Shown here: one piece after another, positions 1-11,300 of the stretch | Layout of the letters: each line of letters opens with the position of its first letter | Numbering within the stretch: position 1 is the first letter of the stretch | Source: a bacterium | GTDB taxonomy: Bacteria; Electryoneota; RPQS01 | Reading direction: 5' to 3' | Assembly: GCA_016721565.1 (NCBI GenBank) | Contig: JADKHW010000003.1 | Location: 64,315 to 128,314 of the forward strand | Length of the DNA: 64,000 bases | The notes under the pieces: generated by a model | Told to the model about the DNA's origin: nothing | The model's input: the letters and a program-made list of their open reading frames with translations, nothing else | Databases searched by the model: none | Position numbers and translations under genes: made by a program

Positions 1-861
1 GGCAATACAACCGATAATCACAGCGCTGGTCGTCGAGACATATCCCGCCGCCGGAGTGATGGTCGCAAGTCCTGCCACCGCGCCCGTGAGTAATCCGACA
101 AATTTCGGTTTCTTCTCCAACATCCAAGCCAGCATCATCCACACAACACCGGCGAACGACGCGGCAATGTCTGTATTCAAGAAAGCAAGACCGGTTATCG
201 AATCAACCTTCAATTCACTTCCCGCATTGAAGCCGTACCATCCAAACCAAAGCAAACCCGTTCCCAGAGCAACCAACGGGATGCTATGAGGAATATTCTC
301 AACAACTTTTCGCCTGCCAACATAAAGAATTGAAGCAAGCGCGGCCATACCAGCAATATTGTGAACGACAATACCGCCCGCGAAATCCAACACTCCCCAC
401 TTCTGCAAAATGCCGCCGCCCCACACCATGTGGACGAACGGGCAATAGACAAACAAAAGCCACGCAACCAAGAAGATCAAATAAGCCGGAAACTTGATGC
501 GGTTGGCGAATGCTCCCGTGATCAAAGCCGGAGTAATAATCGCGAACATCATCTGATAAGCAAAGAACACGAACAACGGAATGCTCGGATTCAGTGGACA
601 CGGAGTGTTTAGATCTACTCCGTTCAAGAACGCCTGATCAAGGTTTCCAACAATCGCGCCGTCACCCGAGAAACAAAGCGAATAACCAACAGCCCACCAA
701 ACAATCGTGGTGACGCCCATCGAAACGAAACTCTGGATCATAATAGCCAGAGTGTTACGACGGCTCACCAGCCCGCCATAAAAAAAGGCCAACCCCGGCG
801 TCATCAACATGACGAGGCTTGTGGCCACCAACATAAAACCTGTGTTACCTGTGTCAAACAT
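1..861 (-). CDS. amt: Ammonium transporter (Amt family), N-terminal about 287 aa; 3' end lies beyond coordinate 1
   Basis: Hand translation of the minus strand from the ATG at 861..859 gives MFDTGNTGFMLVATSLVMLMTPGLAFFYGGLV...DFAGGIVVHNIAGMAAL...LWFGWYGFNAGS with no stops down to position 1. These are the hallmark Amt/MEP motifs. It is absent from the ORF track only because it has no in-window stop. Confidence 0.8.
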   Translation of the reverse strand, partial: MFDTGNTGFMLVATSLVMLMTPGLAFFYGGLVSRRNTLAIMIQSFVSMGVTTIVWWAVGYSLCFSGDGAIVGNLDQAFLNGVDLNTPCPLNPSIPLFVFFAYQMMFAIITPALITGAFANRIKFPAYLIFLVAWLLFVYCPFVHMVWGGGILQKWGVLDFAGGIVVHNIAGMAALASILYVGRRKVVENIPHSIPLVALGTGLLWFGWYGFNAGSELKVDSITGLAFLNTDIAASFAGVVWMMLAWMLEKKPKFVGLLTGAVAGLATITPAAGYVSTTSAVIIGCIA

Positions 862-928
862 GATAATTCCTCAAATAAGAGTGGAATGATACCTGTTCAA
901 CAAGATAGGATAAAGAACGAGATGCGGT

Positions 929-945
929 ATCAGGAAATTCCTGAT
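929..945. promoter_or_regulatory. Perfect 17-bp palindrome ATCAGGAA-A-TTCCTGAT between the response-regulator stop and the amt start; candidate operator
   Basis: Seen directly in the sequence. It is centred about 75 nt upstream of the amt ATG and upstream of a plausible -35 (TTGAAC, 895..900, minus orientation) and -10 (TATTTG, 872..877). Confidence 0.35.
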
Positions 946-974
946 TTTAAGGCAGGTCTTCCCTTAGTCAAATG

Positions 975-1628
975 CTATTCGAGCGAGGTCAAGCCTTCGC
1001 GGAGGGCATAACGAGTGAGTTCGGGGAGGGTGTGAATGTCGAGCTTGTTCATGATATGCATGCGATGGGTCTCGACGGTTTTCGCACTCAGATTCAAGAG
1101 ATCCGCAATCTGCTCGCTGTTTTTTCCCTCGGCCAAAAGCTGCAAGACTTCGCGCTCGCGGCCGCTGAGAATCTCGAATGCCGACTTTAGGGCTGCATTG
1201 CCTTGCTGAGCGAAACCGGCGATAACTTGTTCATTGATTTGTGGAGAAAGATAAAGTTGATTGCTCATCACTTTCTGAATCGCACGAAATATCTCTTCCG
1301 GTGACGAGTCTTTGAGCAAGTAGCCACGAACACCAGCACGCAAAGCTTCCAAAACATAACGGCGATCCGAGTGCATGGAGACAATAACGACTCGCACTTC
1401 GGGCACCTCTTCGTGCAGTCGTCGTGCGGCTTCAATACCGTTTAGTTCGGGCATCGAAATGTCCATCAGAACAACATCCGGAATGTGCTCTTTAACGATT
1501 GAAACAGCTTCAAGCCCGGTTGCGGCTTCACCCACAATGGAAACATCAGGATGCCGCTCGATTAGCTGCCGCAAACCCATGCGGAAAAGTTTGTGATCAT
1601 CGGCGAGAACGATTCGGACTTTGCTCAT
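975..1628 (-). CDS. Two-component response regulator, NarL/LuxR family (REC + HTH_LuxR)
   Basis: 217 aa. N-terminal receiver (VLADDH...VLMDISMPELNG...KDSS). C-terminal LuxR HTH (LSGREREVLQLLAEGKNSEQIADLLNLSAKTVETHRMHIMNKL). Its ATG overlaps the kinase stop by 4 nt. Confidence 0.85.
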   Translation of the reverse strand: MSKVRIVLADDHKLFRMGLRQLIERHPDVSIVGEAATGLEAVSIVKEHIPDVVLMDISMPELNGIEAARRLHEEVPEVRVVIVSMHSDRRYVLEALRAGVRGYLLKDSSPEEIFRAIQKVMSNQLYLSPQINEQVIAGFAQQGNAALKSAFEILSGREREVLQLLAEGKNSEQIADLLNLSAKTVETHRMHIMNKLDIHTLPELTRYALREGLTSLE

Positions 1629-2765
1629 TTTGCCTCCAGCGGCACGGACAACGTGACAATTGTTCCCTGCCCGATTTTAGAATCAAGGCTCATCGAGCCA
1701 CCGAAGTAGCGCAGTCGCTCACGGATGCTGAAAAGACCAAAGCCTTCCCGCGCGGCAGGCTGATCAAGCTTTGCCGTGTCGAAACCAATGCCGTCATCTC
1801 TGACGGTAACGACGTACCAATGTCCTTCAACTTTGGTTGAAATGTTTACTGTTTTGGCTTGCGCATATTTGACACAATTCGTGAGCAGCTCTTGCACGCA
1901 GCGAAAAAGAGTGATGTTAACCGCTTCAGGAAGATTTGGCGAAACGGGACTGAGGTTTGACCTTCGTGCTCAGCTTGTGATGCTGTTCATAGTGCTCAGC
2001 AAGCCATTCGAGTGCCGCAGAGAGTCCGAGTTCGTAAAGAATCGGGGTACTGATTTCAAATGTCAATCGGCGCGTGAATTGAATGGCACGCTCGATTAAG
2101 GCAATGATCTCATCAAAGCGATTTTCAAATCCGCAAAAGACGGCGTCACCGCGAAATTGCTGTGCACGCAATTTGATGAAAGCAAACTCTTGTATGACAT
2201 GGTCGTGCAAATCAACGGCGATTTCGCGGTTCTTGCGCGCTTCGGCAAGCGAAAGTTCAGTGGCCAAGCGGCGCAGTTCCGAGGTTCTTTCTTGGACTTG
2301 TAATTCCAGATTCTCGTTGGCAAGCTTATGCTGTACATACGAGCGGAGCATTTCGGCCACGGAATCGACAAGCTCGCGCTCTTCAGCCAAGAATGGGCCT
2401 TCGTCTTCTGTAGGGCGCTCCTCAAGATAGACAATCTGCAGAATGCCGTCTTCGCCCAGGAGCGGAGTGAACTTAGCCGACTGTATCCACGGTGTAGTTT
2501 GAAAGCCAGACGAGGATTCATCAACATTTCGAAAGCAGATACGAGCCGCTGCAATTTCGGGATACTGCCAAGCGGCAGGCAAAAGAGCCACAACATCGCG
2601 CAAAACGTCGCGCATCGAGCGGTCATCATCTTGAAGCAGACGCGCAGTTTTATGAAGGGCGGTAAGCTCTTTGACGCGCTCTTGCAGCTTGTGCAATGTG
2701 AGGTCAGATGGCGGAGTGGACATATTTGAATTTACGACAGAATAAGTGAATCCGCAAGTAAACAA
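1625..2765 (-). CDS. Sensor histidine kinase, GAF + HisKA_3 (H-box DLHD) + HATPase_c. Split into two ORFs (1926..2765 and 1625..1897) by an apparent frameshift near 1897..1926
   Basis: The 279-aa piece carries a GAF-like N-terminal region, a coiled coil and the H-box EIAVDLHDHVIQEF. The 90-aa piece begins exactly with the N-box QELLTNCVKYAQA and continues through DDGIGFD...GFGLFSIRERL. The two pieces are in different frames (start coordinates mod 3 differ). Confidence 0.7.
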
Positions 2766-2816
2766 AATGCCGCCCCAAAATGAGACGGCATTGCTGAAAT
2801 TTGCGCAGGCGACGGG

Positions 2817-4821
2817 CTATCTTCCGGCCTGCCAGATTCCGCCGCGCAAGGGATATTTTGTGGGGTCGCGCTCGGCTAAGCGTGCGTAAAGCTCTTTGCC
2901 GCCTGACGACGTGTAGCCGTTCGTTTCGGCCCATGCAAAGCCTGTTTCCAGCGACTCCATTTCGAGATCTGCCGCGCGCGAACTAAACTTATAGAGCTTT
3001 CGAGCGCAAACTGGCGGCATCTGGATCACGGCGATCCAGCGAATGCGTGGCCAGATCAAGCGTCTCGTGAACGGTGCGATTCATCAAAGCATAGTCACGG
3101 TCGAGCGCGAGCTTGTGTTCTGCCAATATTGACAGCGAATCACGATCCGGCACGGCTGCGAAAAGCTGTGTGAACACCTCGGCAAGCGCTTCGGATGATT
3201 CGGACGCGAGCTTGTTGGCTTCCTTCAACTTGCGCACCAAGATTTTCGGTCATGGAGACAACGGCATCAGGATTCGACGTGGCATTCAGCGTGCGCGAAA
3301 TCTGCGTCGCATTAGCCGATGTGGCTTGCCATTGACTACCGCAGAGCTTCCGCAATTCCATCACAGGCTTCAGCAAGTCCTGATAGAGTGAAGCGACAGA
3401 ATAATCTGCTCCCTCTATACTCTGATTTTGCCGCGCATATCGCCACGCGAGCTTGCGATAGTCGGCGCATTTTTGCAGAACCGGAAACGCTTCATGCACG
3501 ATCGCATCAAAGCGCGGTGAATAGCCGTTTTGTCCGAAACTGCGCAACGGAGTCTGCTGCCACAACGACGCGGCCCAACCTTCTAATTGATTGGCAACGT
3601 GAACGTAGAGGTCGTAGGTTTCTTGACGAGCTTCGGCCTGAAAGTCCCGCGTTTGCGTTGACCAATGATCAGGTGCCAATTCGGGTAGATTTTGATCGTC
3701 ATGCTGTGCGGTAAAGACAAAGATGTCCGCCGCCTCTCCGAATGTGGCAAGTGCTTGGTCACGCAATTTGTCGCGCATGACCAAATCTTCGGGGCGACTC
3801 GAATACATGCCCAATCGCAACAGCGCGTCGCCTTCCAAGCGATGAAGTTTCCCGGTTAACAAGGCAACCGCAGATTCGTATGACGGCGCGATGGTCAACA
3901 GTTCATTCGTGCTCTTTTCGAGGTCGTTGCACCAACGCGAGGCTTCTTTAGCATTCCATTCGAGTGAAACGTGCAAAGTTTTGTCAAGTGCGGCAAACTC
4001 AAATTGGAGCAACTCCCAGCGCGCGCGCGCGGCGGCGTTGGCTACAAGCGGATCGCTGAAACCGGGACGACGTTTGTGTTTTTGCCACACGTTCCACGCC
4101 AGCTCAAATTCTTGTTTGGCCTGAATGTCACGACTTAAGACTTGCTCAATCAAACCCAATTCAACAGCGGCACGCAAGGCTTGTGGAGTATTCGGAGCGG
4201 TGTTGTTGCTCAACGTGAACAGAACTTCGCGCGCGGCCTCTTCCTGATCGGCACGCAACAGAACATTTGCCAGCGTCAGTTGATCTTGTGCGGGTAAAAC
4301 ATAGTTCGCGCGCTGGAGTCCGATGCCGATAAATGCGGCGGGCAGCCAGAGCTGCTCTTGCGAGTAGGCGCGAAATAGCGTGGCTTTGAAATCACCTGCC
4401 CATGAAGCAGTGGGATTGTTGCCAGACATATCGAGCAACATATCCGCGACGGCGAGTTGATCCTCGGGTTTCCGTTCAGTGGCCAGCAAAATGGCAGGAC
4501 ATATTTCGTCCACGGAGCTTCGGGGTCAGTTTTGCATAACTCAACCGCCCATTGGTGACCCGTTGGGTTATTTGAAGTGGCGCGCGCGATTAGAGCAATC
4601 GTGTGATAGGTGGAATCCCGCCACTTCTCGTCGCTGTCAGTCAACAGCGATGCTTTGAGTTCGTCACCCAAATTTTTCAATTGAGCGACATCCGGCGAGG
4701 GTTGATCGAGCAAGATTCTTGCAGTTTGCAATTGCTGCTGCAAATCGGTGACCGTTCCCGCAGCGGAAGCCGTGAAAATCATGCAAAGACTAGCGAAATA
4801 CATCGTAATTCTGTAGCGCAC
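2817..4821 (-). CDS. Secreted alpha-helical hypothetical protein, about 650 aa, N-terminal signal peptide. Broken into 4 ORF pieces (4276..4821, 3140..4513, 2989..3240, 2817..3059) by at least three frame changes
   Basis: Signal peptide MRYRITMYFASLCMIFTASAAG at 4821. The consecutive pieces overlap each other in different frames. Uniformly helical, Leu/Ala/Gln-rich composition. No family recognised. Confidence 0.4.
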
Positions 4822-4939
4822 GGGAAAACACTCCTGAGTTAGCTACAATGTATTTGGCAATCCTTATGCCCGCTTGTTAAGCGGATTTTGCGCTGGCGCA
4901 TGCGCTTTGTGGGGGAGGGTAATGTTACGAAACAGAACA

Positions 4940-4955
4940 GCCCCGTAAGCGGGGC
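4940..4955 (-). terminator. Intrinsic terminator-like hairpin GCCCCG-TAAG-CGGGGC immediately downstream of the T9SS cargo gene
   Basis: 6-bp GC stem. On the minus strand it is followed by UGUUCUGUUUCG. It starts 12 nt after the stop at 4967. Confidence 0.5.
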
Positions 4956-4966
4956 CGTTGAATTCT

Positions 4967-7244
4967 TTAGCGAAGAAGAAGAAGCTTTTGAGTTCGCGAG
5001 AAAACAGGTGTCTCAAGAGTTGCGAAATAGAGACCAGAGGCCCACTTATCACCATTGACTTTGAACTCGTGTGCTCCGGCAGTCATGTTGCCCAATTCGA
5101 ATCGCTCAACTTCACGACCGAGGATGTCGTGAATTTTGAGCGTGACGTTAGTGAGATGCGGCAATGTGAACGACAGTGTTGTTGTGGGGTTGAAGGGGTT
5201 GGGGTAGGCGGAAAGGGCAAAATCCGACGGGACGAATTTGGGGATGTGTTCATCAATGCGGTTGTCAGTCCAATGCGGGAAATAAATCCATCGTAATCCG
5301 GCTGGCCTATCTGTGGAAGAGCGTCAGGAGTTACCGGAAAACTGTTTGATTGAGTTCCTCCGTGAGCCAAATCGTTGATGCATCTTGAACCCACAATTGA
5401 ATTATTTGTTCAAAGTCTTCCCCACCGAAATACGAGCCGTACTCCAGTGAAGCAAGATCGGGCGAGAGTTTCGCAATAAACAAGTCCGTGGTTATACCTT
5501 CACGATTAGGTCCGAAGATAGAATCAATGGCATCATGAGTCATCGGGAAAGCCACATCATTCGTAGTTCCTGCAACAACAAACGAACCATCAGGAGATCT
5601 TGCACCAGCAGTAACCTCATCGTGGAATTGTGCGCCTAACAATGTGGAGTGAACTATTGTATCCGGCGGCGCAAAAACGGTGATAAAACCATCTGCTTGC
5701 TGATGCACCCCTTCTAAGATTGTGTCATACGCATCGGGCGTTGTTGGCCACGTTTCAGACCGTGTTGACCCAAATAGCGCAAGTCTGCCGCCTTCCATCA
5801 ATTCAAAGGAATATATTTCATCTTGATTTTCGCCACCCATATATGTTGAATATAGAATGGCCGGTGGAGTCAACTGATAGCGGACCAGAAAAGCGTCCGC
5901 AGAACCTCCACCTCCGAATTCGCTTTGAAAAGCGTCGTTTGTAACGGTGCAGACCCGTTGAATAGACTAACCCAGATAACCACAATTCATCGTCATTTAT
6001 GAGTTTCAGGTCAACGCCGACGCAATTGGTTCCACCCAAATAGGAGGAATAGAGGACTAAAGGACTATTAATATCCATATCTATAAGAAACGCGTTGCCG
6101 CCTCCAATTATGCCGGGAGACAACGCATTCTGTGTTATCGGGAAATTCTCAGACGAAGTGTTTCCAGTTAGAATAAGGTGGCCAGACGAATTGACAACCG
6201 CGTCTTCTATATAGTCGAGACCGGAGCCTCCGAGGTAAGCACTATAAAGAAGAACGCTTCCACCCTTGCATCAGAACTTAGTTTTGTCAAAAATACGTTT
6301 GCATTCCCCATTAGTGCCTCTTGGTACGCACCCGTAGTCGTCGGAAAATCTGAAGAGGTAGAAGTACCACACAACACGATCTCACCGTTCGGAAGTACTG
6401 TAGTACGGTCAGGATAATCGAGTCCTTCATCACCACCAAAGTATGTGCTATGGATCAAAGGATCCACAACCAATTCCTTCCCCGCATCAAACACTCCAAC
6501 ATCATATCCTACTCTCGTCTCATCCATCACTCGAAAACCCGCATCCACGCGCTTTTGCATTCTTGCTTCTTGCTGACACGCAAACGGTGCTTTCTCTTTC
6601 ACATCACCAAGCGAAGCTTTGAGAATAGGATTACCTTGTGCATCAACTCGCAACGGCGCATCGAGGCCGAGATACTCCATTTGGATTTGAGTGGGGTCGG
6701 CTCCGGGTTTGACGTGGTAGATGGTTTCTACGCCTTGTTGGTCGGCGCGGTATTCTACATCAATGCCGGGCCAAACTTCGGGGACGATGACATTCTCATA
6801 ATGCCCAACCCTGCTCCGCCATTTTGTGGAGTCGCGGCCTAAGAAGTAGTTTGAATAGTGGGTGAGTTTGTTCTCGCCGATTGCTATCTCGGTGGGCGGG
6901 GCAGGTGAAGACACCTGCCGCCGCGACGCTTTGACATAGTGAATCTGCACGACATGCCCCCGCACCGTGACGGGATCACGCTTGCGTTCAAAGGGGTCGA
7001 ACTTGCTTGACGCGGGCGGATTGCCATCCGCCCCTACATATTTTGTGAACTCCCGAAAGTCCACGGTCATCCCCTTCGGTGTCACATAATAGACGGTGCT
7101 CCCAACCTCGCATTTGAACTGAAAATCGCCTTCCCATTGGCCTTCGTTGGCGATCCAATATGGGGTAGCCGCAGACACCCCCCCTTGCCCCCCCGCGAGC
7201 AGGGGGGAATTCAGAAACAGCAATGTTAGGAGCAGGATGGGCAT
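4967..7244 (-). CDS. Large secreted SBBP-type beta-propeller repeat protein with a T9SS C-terminal sorting domain. Fragmented (6207..7244, 5818..6123, 5331..5873, 5083..5394, 4967..5164) by several frameshifts
   Basis: Signal peptide MPILLLTLLFLNSPLLAG. Repeated (S/T)TY(F/L/M)GG(D/E/T) SBBP motifs (STYFGGDEG, SSYLGGTN, STYMGGENQ). C-terminal piece ILGREVERFELGNMTAGAHEFKVNGDKWASGLYFATLETPVFSRTQKLLLLR matches the Por/T9SS type-A tail. Confidence 0.6.
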
Positions 7245-7302
7245 GTAAACAAGGTAGTGCGGACAGGAGGAAATGTCAAGCGGCGCGGGGTGCTCAACAA
7301 AA

Positions 7303-7320
7303 CAGCCCCTTGCGGGGCTG
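7303..7320 (-). terminator. Intrinsic terminator hairpin CAGCCCC-TTGC-GGGGCTG downstream of atpC
   Basis: 7-bp GC stem followed on the minus strand by UUUUGUUGAGC. It lies 27 nt after the atpC stop. It is almost identical in stem and flanks to the hairpin at 4940..4955. Confidence 0.55.
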
Positions 7321-7346
7321 TTGAATTCGATTGTTGACGAAGATTC

Positions 7347-7757
7347 TTAATCGACTTTATGCTCAGCGACTTGGACAAGCGCGTTGAAGCGGTTGTACGC
7401 GGCACGGGCTTCGTCGCGGTCGGCGGAGTTTTCGGCGGACTCAATGCGCTTGTGGGCTTCGAGCTTGTCTTGCTTGGCCTTGGCAACATCAATTTCATTC
7501 TTGCTGAAACAGGTTTCAGCGAGAATGATGGCTTTGTTGTCCTGCACGGTGAAGTAGCCGCCGCCGATGGCGAACTCTTCTTTGTGACTGGGGAAATCGA
7601 TTTGCAAACGGCCCGGTCCAAGACCTGCAACCATCGGCGCGTGATTGGCTAACACTCCGAAATCACCACCGGAACCGGGGGCGCGCACATGCACGACTTC
7701 AGCCGAAATCAAGTGCTTTTCAGGAGTGATCAGCTCAACGTGAAACGTATTGGCCAT
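7347..7757 (-). CDS. atpC: F1 ATP synthase epsilon subunit
   Basis: 136 aa: MANTFHVELITPEK...VHVRAPGSGGDFGVLANHAPMV...; typical epsilon N-terminal beta-sandwich plus C-terminal helices. Confidence 0.9.
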   Translation of the reverse strand: MANTFHVELITPEKHLISAEVVHVRAPGSGGDFGVLANHAPMVAGLGPGRLQIDFPSHKEEFAIGGGYFTVQDNKAIILAETCFSKNEIDVAKAKQDKLEAHKRIESAENSADRDEARAAYNRFNALVQVAEHKVD

Positions 7758-7760
7758 GAC

Positions 7761-9236
<1,476 letters not shown>

Positions 9237-9247
9237 TTAAGAGAAAA

Positions 9248-10018
9248 TTACAATTTTGCGAGGATCGCGTCGCGCCACTCGGATTGCTTACGAGCGAAAG
9301 CTGCTTGCAATATCAGCGGCATCAATTCGCGGTCGTAAGCATTGGGGTAGGTGGTGCGGGATTCAAGGAACGTTAAGATGGCATCGGGTTGTGCACGTCC
9401 GATTTCACGCATCGCGGAAACGACGTTGCGGCGGACAAACTCAGCGGCATCTTCATAGAGCGGCATGAGCAACTTCAAGACGCGCTCGGTGTTTTGAGCG
9501 GATTGAGAAGCGTATCCAACAAGCCCGCGAGCAACGACGCGGCGAACTCGATAGTTTGCATCAGTGCGCCATTCATCAAAGACCGTGTAAACGAAATCTG
9601 CGTGCATTTCAGCCCAACCGGCAAGCTCGGGACGCAGATCAAAAATCATCGGGACGGTGTCGCGAACTCCGGAGCTTTCGTCATCGGCAAGATGCTTGAT
9701 GAGCGAGAGCCAAGTGCGCGGATTGAACTTTCCGACTCTTCCGATCAACACACATCCAAGCGCGCGAGCGGCTTCGCAGGCCGAACTCGAAAGTCTGAGT
9801 GTGATGTCCACAGCGGCATCGGGGTTGCGCTCGATGGCATCGGCGACGGTGTTGCCGAGTTCGAGAATGCGAAACGTCTCTTCGGCTGAGTATTCAGAGA
9901 GCAGTTGTTCGCAGTCGGCGAAGTGCAGATCGGCTTGATCCGGCACATCGCGCCAACGCTTAATCGACGTTAAGATTGCAGCAGCGAGAGCGTCGCGGCT
10001 TTCAAGCGCATCACTCAC
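9248..10018 (-). CDS. HEAT-like repeat protein resembling the DNA alkylation repair (AlkD/AlkC-like, DNA_alkylation family) glycosylases
   Basis: 256 aa, all-helical. NYRVRRVVARGL and EFVRRNVVSAMREIG resemble the conserved W-x-RR and F-I-RKA-IGWALRE helices of AlkD-type proteins. The assignment rests on motif memory only. Confidence 0.45.
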   Translation of the reverse strand: MSDALESRDALAAAILTSIKRWRDVPDQADLHFADCEQLLSEYSAEETFRILELGNTVADAIERNPDAAVDITLRLSSSACEAARALGCVLIGRVGKFNPRTWLSLIKHLADDESSGVRDTVPMIFDLRPELAGWAEMHADFVYTVFDEWRTDANYRVRRVVARGLVGYASQSAQNTERVLKLLMPLYEDAAEFVRRNVVSAMREIGRAQPDAILTFLESRTTYPNAYDRELMPLILQAAFARKQSEWRDAILAKL

Positions 10019-10620
10019 GAGGTCGGGAACGATCCGCCGGGGGGACGCAAAGGATCAGAGGGGTGCTCAACATGCCCACGATGTTCACGCGGTTCGGGAG
10101 CGGCGCGCTCGATTACCGAACGCATGTCCTGCAAGTCGATGAAGTGCGAACCGATAGCTTGACGCAATTCGGCGGCAATCCAGTTTTGCGTTGAGACAAC
10201 GCAGATTTGACGACCGCGTGAGCGCAGAAGCTCTAAGGCGCGCTCGAAGTCTCCGTCACCGGAGAGCAGAATCGCTTTGTCAAAGTTGTCGATGGTGTTG
10301 AACATATCCATGACGATTTCGACGTCGAGATTGGCCTTTTGCGTGGTCTCGCCGGTTTCACTGTCATAAATCGTTTTCAAACCTTTGGTGCGCACGACAT
10401 AGCCTGCATAGGACAGGAAGCGCACAAAATTTTCATCGCGCGGGTCGGGCGGCTGCTTAAGACCCATGTACCAATAAGCGTCCGTAAGCTCATCGTCGCC
10501 GCGTAGAACTTTTAATAATTTTGCAGGATCAAAGAACCAACCGAGTCCTTTTTTCTGCGTGTAAAACATATTTGCGCCATCCACGAAGATGGACACGCGC
10601 TTGCGAGGAAGTTGCGGCAC
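10015..10620 (-). CDS. NYN-domain (LabA-like / PIN-like) putative RNase
   Basis: 201 aa: VSIFVDGANMFY...DVEIVMDM...AILLSGDGDF..., the conserved acidic core of NYN domains. Its stop overlaps the downstream ORF start by 4 nt. Confidence 0.7.
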   Translation of the reverse strand: MPQLPRKRVSIFVDGANMFYTQKKGLGWFFDPAKLLKVLRGDDELTDAYWYMGLKQPPDPRDENFVRFLSYAGYVVRTKGLKTIYDSETGETTQKANLDVEIVMDMFNTIDNFDKAILLSGDGDFERALELLRSRGRQICVVSTQNWIAAELRQAIGSHFIDLQDMRSVIERAAPEPREHRGHVEHPSDPLRPPGGSFPTS

Positions 10621-10623
10621 GAA

Positions 10624-11274
10624 TTAAATTACCTTTTTGCGTATCAATAAATATAAGCGTCTGTGCCGTCTCATGGGCACCGTTTCGGGTGGCAAATCCA
10701 TTTCAGAGGCGGAAGGAGCGTGTGCTGACGTTAACTTGTGCCAGCTTCGGCGCAGTGGAGACAATTTTGATTGCTCCAAAAAACGGGTGGCTTGTTCCTG
10801 AAAGAATGCGACGTCGCCCGCGTAGAAAAGATCAAGATCAGAAAACCCGTGCGCCCAGCTTGCAGCATCAGGCGGTGTAGGTAAACCGTGTTTTACTGCT
10901 TCAGTCAATTCGGGAATTGATAGCTGAAGTTCAACGGCAAATTTTTCAAGGCTGCGATAGATCGTCTTTTGCAGATCGGTACCGAGGGGGCAGGCAACAA
11001 TCACTTCGCGTTTCGCGAGTGCGGCCAGCTTCTTGACGTAGGCTGTGCGTTCGCTTGTCGGTAAATGATGAACCTAGTCAAAAGAGATAACAACGTCGGA
11101 GGAGGTTTCGCCGCAGGTTATTGTCATCCCTTGAAACAATGGTTGCATCAACTCAGACAGAACATTTGCATCCGGACCAATCAACGCGACAGAGGAAAAA
11201 GGCGGATCAGCTTCTTGAAGCAGATCGGCTAAGTAGCGTGCGCTGGACGATGAATCAAAGAACGGGAGTTGCAC
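10624..11274 (-). CDS. Hypothetical protein. Two ORFs (11074..11274 and 10624..11004) are in the same frame, separated by a single in-frame TAG at 11074..11076
   Basis: The start coordinates 11274 and 11004 are both 0 mod 3. Read-through gives ...DVVISFD*VHHLPTSERTAYVKKLAALAKREVIVACPLGTDLQ.... No family recognised; a resemblance to HPPK was considered and rejected. Confidence 0.3.
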
Positions 11275-11300
11275 AGGAGCGGGCGGAACGCCTTCCGCCC

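Noticed and set aside
4958-5296. Plus-strand 112-aa ORF and minus-strand 103-aa ORF (5083..5394) inside the T9SS cargo gene region
   Set aside because: They overlap the SBBP/T9SS gene fragments and are most simply explained as alternative frames of that frameshifted gene. The Pro/Thr-rich 5083..5394 frame may be part of its linker.
10624-11004. Possible HPPK (folK) identity for the 126-aa ORF, based on an FSDLDLFYAGDV motif resembling the TLDLDIL of HPPK
   Set aside because: The spacing between the TPP-like motif and the DLDL motif is about 10 aa rather than about 50 aa, and the N-terminal GSNLG motif is absent. It is kept as a hypothetical.
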